NCBI RefSeq assembly: GCF_009914755.1 | Contig: NC_060932.1 | From: the human T2T-CHM13v2.0 reference genome, Homo sapiens | DNA length: 64,000 nucleotides | Reading direction: 5' to 3' (one strand) | Shown here: positions 55,320 to 64,000 of the stretch, piece by piece | Position numbering within the stretch: position 1 is the stretch's first letter | How the letters are laid out: each line of letters starts with the position of its first letter | Notes under the pieces: model-generated | Told to the model about the DNA's origin: nothing | The model's input: the letters and a program-made list of their open reading frames with translations, nothing else | The model's database searches: none | Made by a program: the position numbers and the translations under genes

Positions 55320-56400
55320 AAAAAATTAATAGAGTTTAATTTTTAGAGCAATTTTAGACTTACAGGAGAAGTGAGAGAAAAAGTACAGAGTTCCCATATA
55401 TTCCCAACCACCCCCATCAGTTTCCCCCATTATTAACATCATGCATTGGTGTGGTATATTTGTTACAACTGATGAACCAATATGGACACACTATTATTAA
55501 CTTTACATTAGGATTCACTCTTTGTGGTATACAATTCTGTGGGTTCTGCCAAATGTATAATGAGGTGTACCCACCATTACAGTATCAGGCAGCATAATGT
55601 TACTGCTCTAAACATCCCCTGTTCTTCAACTATTTTATCCCTCCCCCACAAAACCACCAAAACCACTGATCATTTTGCTGTCTCTATAGTTTTATCTTTT
55701 CCAGAATGTCATATAGTTGGAACTACATAGTAGCTTTTTCAGACTGGCTTCTTTCACTACAATATGCATTCAAGCTTCCTCCAGGTCTTCTCACACCTTA
55801 ATGGCTCTTTTTGAAAAACAGACTAAGAACAGTTTTAGGGTTACCAAAAAAGTGATCATAAACTATGGAGATTTCCCAGACACCCGCCTCCCTACAGTTT
55901 CCCCCTTTTATTTCCATCTTGTATCCGTTTGGTACATTTGTTACAACTGACGAGCCAATATTGACATGTTATTAACTAAAGTCCATTGTTTTCATTGGAG
56001 CTCGCTGGGTTTTGACAATTGTATAATGATATGTATCTAATGTTAGCACACTTGTAACAGACCATTTGTATGACCACACCACTGTTGGTCTATCCATGCA
56101 TCTCCTGAAGGACATTTTGGTTACTTCCAAATTTTGGCAATTATGAATAAAGTTGCTATAAGCATTTCATGAGATTTTTGTGTGCACCTAAGTTTTCAAC
56201 TTATGTTGAAATATCAATGATCTTGATTGCTCGCTTATATGCTAAGACTATGTTTAGCTTTGGAAAAAAAAAACTGCCAAACTGTCTTCCCAAGTGGCTA
56301 TACCATTTTGCACTCCCACCAGCAATGAATGGAGTTTCTGTTGCTCCACATCCTTGCTGGTGCTGTGTTTTAGATTCCAGACATTCTAACAGGCGGGTCT
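55320..56400 (-). mobile_element. L1MC-like 3' fragment
   Basis: gtacagagttcccatata...ttttccagaatgtcatatagttgg...actgtcttcccaagtggctataccattttgcactcccaccagcaatg. Confidence 0.85.
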
Positions 56401-57763
56401 CTTGGATGTGTCTAATAGCTGTAGCTTACATTTTAACCCAAATGTATCTTTTCTAGACTAAAATAGAAAACAAGTCTTCATAAACCTCCAGAATTCAGCC
56501 TGCAATTGTCATTTTCAGAAACTTCAGCCAATCAAATTGGAGGGCTCCAGTGAGAACAAAATTCTTTAAAACTACTAATTCCTATTGCTGAAGGAAAGGC
56601 TGATATTACTTACTACCCAAAATACTTTGCAATTGAAAAAGCCAAGTCAAAATGTGTCCCTTCACTAATATGCCAAAATGAACTTTTTTAGTACAGCATG
56701 AGGACACCTTAAGTATAAAATAAAAATTGTATTCTGTTGACTAGGAGCCTCATAAAGGCACTTTCTTTAGCATTTCTGGATTTGACTGTGTTTTGCAAAG
56801 CTTCTCAGATTTAAACAAGTGTGCAGTCCTAAATTACTTTGTGCTATTTCTAAGACACTAAAAGGTGTGGGCCAGGGCAGCAGGGAGGGGCCTGGCATTT
56901 CCTTCTTCTATAGCTTATCCAGATGTTCTCTCACATTTTTTATGCAATCTGGGACAAGAGAAAAATAGGAAGAAGCTTTTTGCTGTAGGTTATTACACCT
57001 GCTATGGCCTGAATTTTCAAATAGTGGAAGATATTTTCTTACTATATTTCAAAGCTACATTTTACACCTTCTTGTTTACATAATACTTTTGATGCTCATT
57101 AACTCTACAAAGGTTTGGAAAACAAAGTGCAAAAAACAAATTCTTGAAGAAAGAGAAATCACCCAATTTCACATTTTTTGCAAATGTGAACTTTCCACAG
57201 TTATGACTTTATGATGTGGTAACTTTACATAATCAAAATCACATAACACATCTGCCTTGGAAAATTATTGGCAAGGATCTTAGATTGTTAAATGGCCCAT
57301 TTTACATTCCAATCCTTAATGAGCAAGATCAAACCATGTAAAAACAAGCGCTTTCTCAACTATCTATCTGCCGTTTACGGCACCTCTTCAAAAGCTTTGG
57401 AAATAGTCCATAATTAGGTGGCAAAGATGCCTAGAAAGTCTTCCAAACCAAATGGCAAAGCATTTAAGGGAAGCATCAAAAAAGCATTTGTCAGAAATAA
57501 GCATAACATTTGGAATACCTTTCCTCGGTTTTTAATTGCTGCATTTTGGACGGTAAGTTTAATTACTTCTGTTCTTAACCCGCAGCTATCTACAGCGATC
57601 ACTGCAGCCATCCCTGTATTTCATATGGCAACATCGAACATAAGAAACTTCAAGTAAAACACTGAAATACTCACATCTCAGCAGTGCTAAGAAAACTCTC
57701 CCCAGGAAAGGAAAGTTGTAACTTCCTTTCAACCTAAGCAGAGTGAGTACATTCTGCTGAGTC

Positions 57764-58077
57764 TTTTACTTTTATTTGACACAATCACACTCTGTCATCC
57801 AGGCTGGAGTGCAGTGGAACGGTCACAGCTCACTGCAGCCTCAACCTCCCAGGCTCATTGATCCTCCTGCCTTAGCCTCTCAAGTAGCTGGGACTACAGG
57901 CTTGCACCACCACACCCAGCTAATTTTTTTTTCTTTTTTTTTTTTTTTGGTAGAGACGAGGTTTCCCCATGTTGCTCAGGCTGGTCTCAAACTCTTGGGC
58001 TCAAGGGATCTGCCCACCTCAGCCTGCCAAAATGCTGAGATCACAAGTGTCAAAATGCTGAGCCACCGTGCCCAGCT
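57764..58077 (-). mobile_element. Alu (AluJ-like)
   Basis: Reverse dimer. Confidence 0.9.
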
Positions 58078-58369
58078 GAGGGCTTTTTAAAAGGGAGTTT
58101 GGGGGCTGGTAAGAATAAATGATGTAACTTTTTAAACATTTCCAGTGAGGGACCTCTGGCACAGGAGGTACTTGATTATCCCTGCCGAATTAAGAGGGCT
58201 TCCCCAGGTCGTCGGTGAATCTTTATCATTGAGTCTCGAGGCTGGAGAGTTCCAAGTATCTAATACAGTATGAGTCATTTGATTTTTGTGATCCTTTCCT
58301 TCCCTTTCTTACCCTACTGCTTGACAACCATACTACTCTCACCCACACTACAGACATAAAGCTTGCTAC

Positions 58370-58801
58370 CATACAATTAAGGGCCGAATGGTGGTACCCC
58401 AAAGAAGATATGTTAAAGTCTCAGCCCCAAAACTTCACATCTTATTTGAAAATAGGCTCATCGCAGATATAATGACTTAAGACAAGGTTATACTGAGATA
58501 GGGCAGGTCCTTAATTCCATATGGCTATTGTCCTCTTAACACAATGTGAAAATGTGACAGCAAAGAGAGACTGCAGAGATGCAGCTGCAAAGCAAGGAAT
58601 CCCACCGTTGGAAGCTGGGAGGAGGCAAGGGAGAGTTTTCCCCTATGGGTTTTAACAGGGAGAATTGCCCTCCAGACTTTTAGCTTTCAGATTTCAGATT
58701 TCAGACTTCTAACCTCCAGGACTGTGAGACGGTAAATTTCAGTTGTTTTAAACCATCTAGCTTGTAGTGATTTGTTATAGCAACCCTGAGAAACTGATAC
58801 A
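58370..58801 (+). mobile_element. MLT1B/C-type MaLR LTR
   Basis: cttatttgaaaatagg...gaagctgggaggaggcaagg...tttgttatagcaaccctgagaaactgataca. Confidence 0.78.
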
Positions 58802-59215
58802 CATGCCTTGGTTCTTGAGTCAAACAGGGGTTCAAACCCTTCTTTCTGGACAACTGGTGGCATGCCAAACTGGTGGCATGCAAAGCTCTTCTGAGACTGG
58901 GGCCCAACCTTGCTGCAGTAACCTCCTCCCCAGGGACCAGACTTCTTTCCCAACCGAGGGTTCGTGCCTTCCTACTTTCACTTAACAGTAACACAGCCTC
59001 CAGGGATGATGCCTAAAGGTCTACGGAAAACCCATAAAGCCCCTCCTGGGACTTGGGAGTTTGTTTGGTTTAATTTTTCATAAACACAAAATAAGCTAGT
59101 AAATTTATAATTTTACCTAAAAGTTAAGTAAACCTAGGACACTTTACGTCATATTTGTTCATTTTGAAAACATATTACTTTCATACACATAAAACGTCTG
59201 TGGCTCAAAAACTGT

Positions 59216-59887
59216 TGCTATGGACTGGATTATTTCCTCCCAAAATTCCTATGTTGAAGCCTTAACTCCTTAGTGTGATGGTATTTGAAAATGGGGCCTT
59301 TGGCAGGTGACTAGGTTTACATGAGATCATGTGGTGGGATGTTCGTGATGGGATTAGCGCCCTTACAAGAAGAAATACAAGAGGCCAGGTGTGGTGGCTC
59401 ATGCCTGTAATCCCAGCAGAGAGAGGCCGAGGCAGGAGGATCATTTGAGCCAAAGAGTTCCAGACCAGCCTGGGAAACACAATGAGACCCTGTCTCTCCA
59501 AAACATTAAAAAATGAACTTGATATGGTGATGCACACCGGTAGTCCCAGCTACTCAGGAGGCTGACATGGGTGGATCACTTGAGCCCAGGAGGTCTAGGC
59601 TGCAGTGAGCCATGATTGCACCACTGTATTCCAGCCTGGGCAACAGAGTGAGACCTGTCTCAATATTTTTTTTAAAAAAGATGAGACAACAGAGCTTGCT
59701 TTCTCTTTCAGCCATATGGAGACACAGAGAGAAGGCAGTCATCTACAAGCCAATAAGAGAGCCCTTACCAGGAAGCAAAGTGGCGCACGCCTTCATCTTG
59801 GACTTCCAGCCTCTAGACCTATGAGAAAATTCTCTTGCATAACCACTCGGCCTATGGTATTTTGTGATGGAAGCCCAAGCTAAGACA
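59216..59887 (+). mobile_element. MLT1A-type MaLR LTR split by an Alu
   Basis: tgctatggactg...ccaaaattcctatgttgaagcc...ggacttccagcctctaga...ctaagaca. Confidence 0.8.
59383..59679 (+). mobile_element. Alu (AluJ-like)
   Basis: Dimer inside the MLT1A element. Confidence 0.88.
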
Positions 59888-60681
59888 GCTGTCATATTTA
59901 AGTGAGAACACAATGTAATATAATGATGATAACACTTTAAAAGCAGTAGCGCTAATCAGACACCATCTGAGTCAGGACTCTGTCATATCGATTTTGGAAA
60001 GACAGGTCATGTTAAATGTTTTAAGTAAATGTTGTACGTTTTAAGTACAGCAAATTTCTAAATGATTGTGTAATTAAGTGGTTATGGTCCTTTGCTTTCA
60101 ATAATAAATAAGATCTGTTTACCTCCTCCTTCACTGCCGTGCCCTGGGCCTGGCCATCAGGGCAGAGGGGACCAGGAGGAGAGGGAGGGAGAAGACAGCT
60201 ACCCGTCCTCTCCTGAGCCCACACTGGTGGAAAAGCCTCTGGGCACCTGTCTGAACCCCTTGGCGAGTAGGCCCGTGCAAGGCCAAGGGCAGGGATGTGT
60301 TTGAGCTGCTTTTCTGTCCAACTTCCTCAATGTCTACTCTTGCCTACAGCATCTCCTGATGTGTGTTGCCCTCACTTTAGACACCAAGTCCTACCTGCCT
60401 ACTGGTGTTTTTCCTCAACGCTTTGATCTAGGCCTGTTGCCCTAAATGGCAGATCTGAACCGCCGCATACATGTGGCATCTGTTAGTGTCAGGGGCTTAG
60501 GGGTGAACCTCGGCTGCTTCTGTGTCCAACTTCCTTGTTGCCTCCCCCTTGTCTGTAGTCTCACCAGATACTTAACTGCTCCTCCCCTCACCATTCACAG
60601 GCATTTCAAGATCAGCTCCACTTTTTCGGCATATTGAGGTTGTTTCATAAAGGAGGGATGGGCAGAGGGACACAGTTGTGA

Positions 60682-61017
<336 letters not shown>

Positions 61018-61089
61018 TTTTCATTCATTTTTCAAAGGCTTCACACACCATTCCTCAGATTTTACGGTAGTATTCCCATTAACTATATG

Positions 61090-61431
61090 CCGTAGTCCCG
61101 CTTATCAGCGGTTCACTTTCTGCAGTTTCCATTACCTCAGGTTAACCATGGTCAGTAAACAGGCGAGTACAATACAATAAGGTATTTTGAGAGAGTTAGA
61201 GAGAGAGAGATCAGTTTCACGTAACTTTTATTACAGTATATTGTTATAACTATTCCATTTTATTATTGGTTATTGTTGGTAATCTCTAACTGTGCCTGAT
61301 AAACTTTATCATAGATAAGTATATATTCAAAAAAACACTATAATATATATTAGGGTTTGGGACTATCTGTGGCTTCAGGCATCCAATGAGAATCTGGGAG
61401 CATATCCCTTGTGTTTAAGAGGAAACGACTG
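61090..61431 (+). mobile_element. MER44A (Tigger7-derived MITE)
   Basis: gtagtcccgcttatcagcggtt...aacttttattacagtatattgttataa...ttcaggcatcca...gactg, ~340 bp. Confidence 0.82.
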
Positions 61432-61911
61432 TGTAAGCGATACCAAAATCCAAGAGAAAATAGTACCCCTATAATCAGCACCACTTTATATAATTGGAGT
61501 CACTTCATAGAAAATGGTGGACAGTTTTTTATATTCTATGCTGCTCTGTCTCTGAAAAGTGTTGACAAGTCCCACAAAGGCATAATTATTTTTCATACAC
61601 CTGAACAAGACCTGTCTTTCCAAAATCGATGTTCACACCAGTAAAACTACCCTGGTGTCACATACAGTCGGTAGTGCTGTCCCCAAATGGAGTGAGAACT
61701 TGGTAACATCCTTCTAGAATTCCCTATTCAATCAATAGGAATAACTTTAGAGTCTTCCTTCTCCCGAGTTTTGTAACGTTTTTTACCTTATGTAATACCA
61801 TTTCAATGTGGATGCTTTCACAGGTCAATCAAAATCCTTGAGACAATTGTTTCACACTGAAGAAAGCAAGGACATGCTACATCATCTATTTTCATTAAAG
61901 AGTCTTAAGGA

Positions 61912-62250
<339 letters not shown>

Positions 62251-64000
62251 TCAAGAGACTTTCCCTTTTCTAGTTGGTAGGGAATCAAACCACCCCCTTC
62301 TTTTCAACCAAAAGCCTTTATTTTCTCAATTTGGAGTTGGTCGTTTTAGTAATCACAGCAATCATTCTTTTTTATTTACCATATGCACTTGGGAAGATTT
62401 TTATTTTACTGTTTCTCTTTCCGGTTTATAATGTTCTCTTTTTTGTATGATAATGTCATAAGCCTAATTTTCCCTTCTGTTAGGTCTTGATTATTCCCCC
62501 CGAAGGCTGATATTTAAAATAAAAGCACTTAAAACTTAATGTTAGCCGAACAGTTATGTGGTCACATGCATACAAGGGAAAGTAAGCCTCCAGATACTGT
62601 TAATATTCCATGCAAATTAAGTCTAATGCAGCACATCTAGTAAGGAGTTTCCCTTCAGGGCTGATCTAATTATAAAACTGAGCCTAAGTTTTAAAAAGGT
62701 AATTGGCAAATAACCAGGAATCAGTTTGTCACTGCTGTTGCAGGACTGACTTCTGAGGATCATTCGTAACTGACAAGGGAAATTACAACCTGAGAATTAT
62801 ACTCGTTGTACGAGAATGTTCTCGAAATCAGCCTGACCAGTTTTTTTTTTTTTTTTTTAAACAAACATAGAAGAAGTGAGTGCCCAGCGCTGATATTAGT
62901 TGAGGTTAGCCACAGGATGGGTTAAACAGGTCCCTTCAAGGTCAGCTGGAGCAGATCTCAGGTCGAAAGTGCTGGTTAAACCGAAGGAAGCAGCAGTGGG
63001 TCCACTGAGCAGCTCACTGGCTTTTGTCAACTGATATGAGGAAGTTTCGATGAAGGTATAGAAAAACCTTGACAACCAACCTAAACTGTTAGTCTCTTGA
63101 AACCAACGACTGTCTAAAATAAGCTAGGAGACTCATTTCTAGCTTCCCAGGCCCTCCTTTGTATTGAAACTCCCTTCCCTGCCTCCTTAGGACAGCCACA
63201 TCCACCTCACCCTTCAGGTCTCAGCTCAAATGTCCGCTCCTGAGAGAGGTTGGGCTTGAGAGGCTGCCCTCCCTGCCTCAACTGTGTCTGCTGCTCCAAA
63301 AAGCAGAGCGGAAAATGGGCAACAGACAAGCCCACCCAGAAGGGAAGAAAAGCACTGCCCCAAGTGGCGATCACACCCATCGGTGCCCACTTGTCTTTGG
63401 GTTCAACCTAACCTTGGACCTCGCCTTCTTTTTCCTGCCCTGTAAGATTACTCTCAGTTAATTGTTCTAGTTATTTCTGGTTCTCAGCAGCATTACAATA
63501 TTTTGCTAAGATAAGGTAAAAGGAACTGGATGAATCAGAAAGGGAACAAGTGAAAAGGCTAACAATAAGGGGCAAAGAAATATTTAAAATGTATTATAAT
63601 TAAATAAAATCGAAATGCACAAAAGACTAACCCAACTGGAATTTAAATAGTTCTATGAGATCTTTGAAAGAAGTGATCATATAAGTGAGAACAGAACGGG
63701 AATAGAATCCTGTTCTATAGTCACTGGGTGGTAACTTCCCTAAGGCTAGAGACAGAGTGTCAATTCATTTGCTCCCCACCAAGAAAGAGCTGAACTAGGC
63801 CTGTGGGAAGGTATTTTGTAAATTCAATAGATGATCATTATTCTTAAAGGCCACATTCTGATGTAAAAGCATACACCGAGACTTACTTTGCACATCAAAG
63901 TTACAACTTCCAAGGTCAGTTAAAACTACCACATACATAATTTGCAAAAGGCTTTTACTACTGTAAATGCCTACTTTCTGTGTTCTTTTTCTGTTTTTTT

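Noticed and set aside
55330-55990. Apparent internal repeat (tttgttacaactga..agccaata) at ~55460 and ~55940
   Set aside because: Both copies lie within L1MC-type 3'UTR sequence, where such repeated segments are expected.

Overview
Human (or great-ape) genomic DNA: AT-rich, repeat-dense and with no protein-coding exon that I can support. The window lies in the 5' non-coding part of CSGALNACT1 (chondroitin sulfate N-acetylgalactosaminyltransferase 1, chr8p21), transcribed on the minus strand. The identification rests on my recalled memory of the mRNA leader and should be confirmed by BLAT. Three minus-strand 5'UTR exons with canonical splice sites are visible (26781-26875, 16164-16282, 10172-10323/10326), plus an internal CpG-island promoter (~27160-27710). 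The coding exons lie beyond the left edge and a more distal promoter lies beyond the right edge. The rest is intron: about 35 Alu copies or fragments, L1/L2/MIR fragments, MaLR and ERV1 solo LTRs, hAT and Tigger-derived DNA transposon fossils, and microsatellites. Repeat subfamily names are from recalled consensus sequences, not a RepeatMasker run. The supplied ORFs are almost all artefacts of repeats or GC content. The most interesting structure is that each of the three leader exons carries its own self-contained uORF (MM*, an 11-aa peptide, an 18-aa peptide), and an alternative donor can remove the first, suggesting splicing-controlled tuning of translation. Other notable items: a near-consensus ARE/GRE beside a forkhead motif, a ~260-bp local duplication, a 34-bp tailless Alu/7SL insert with direct repeats, an orphan A33 tract that creates a splice acceptor, and an Alu with an internal 68-bp duplication inside an LTR. 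I see no evidence of a wholly novel system, CRISPR array or RNA gene.
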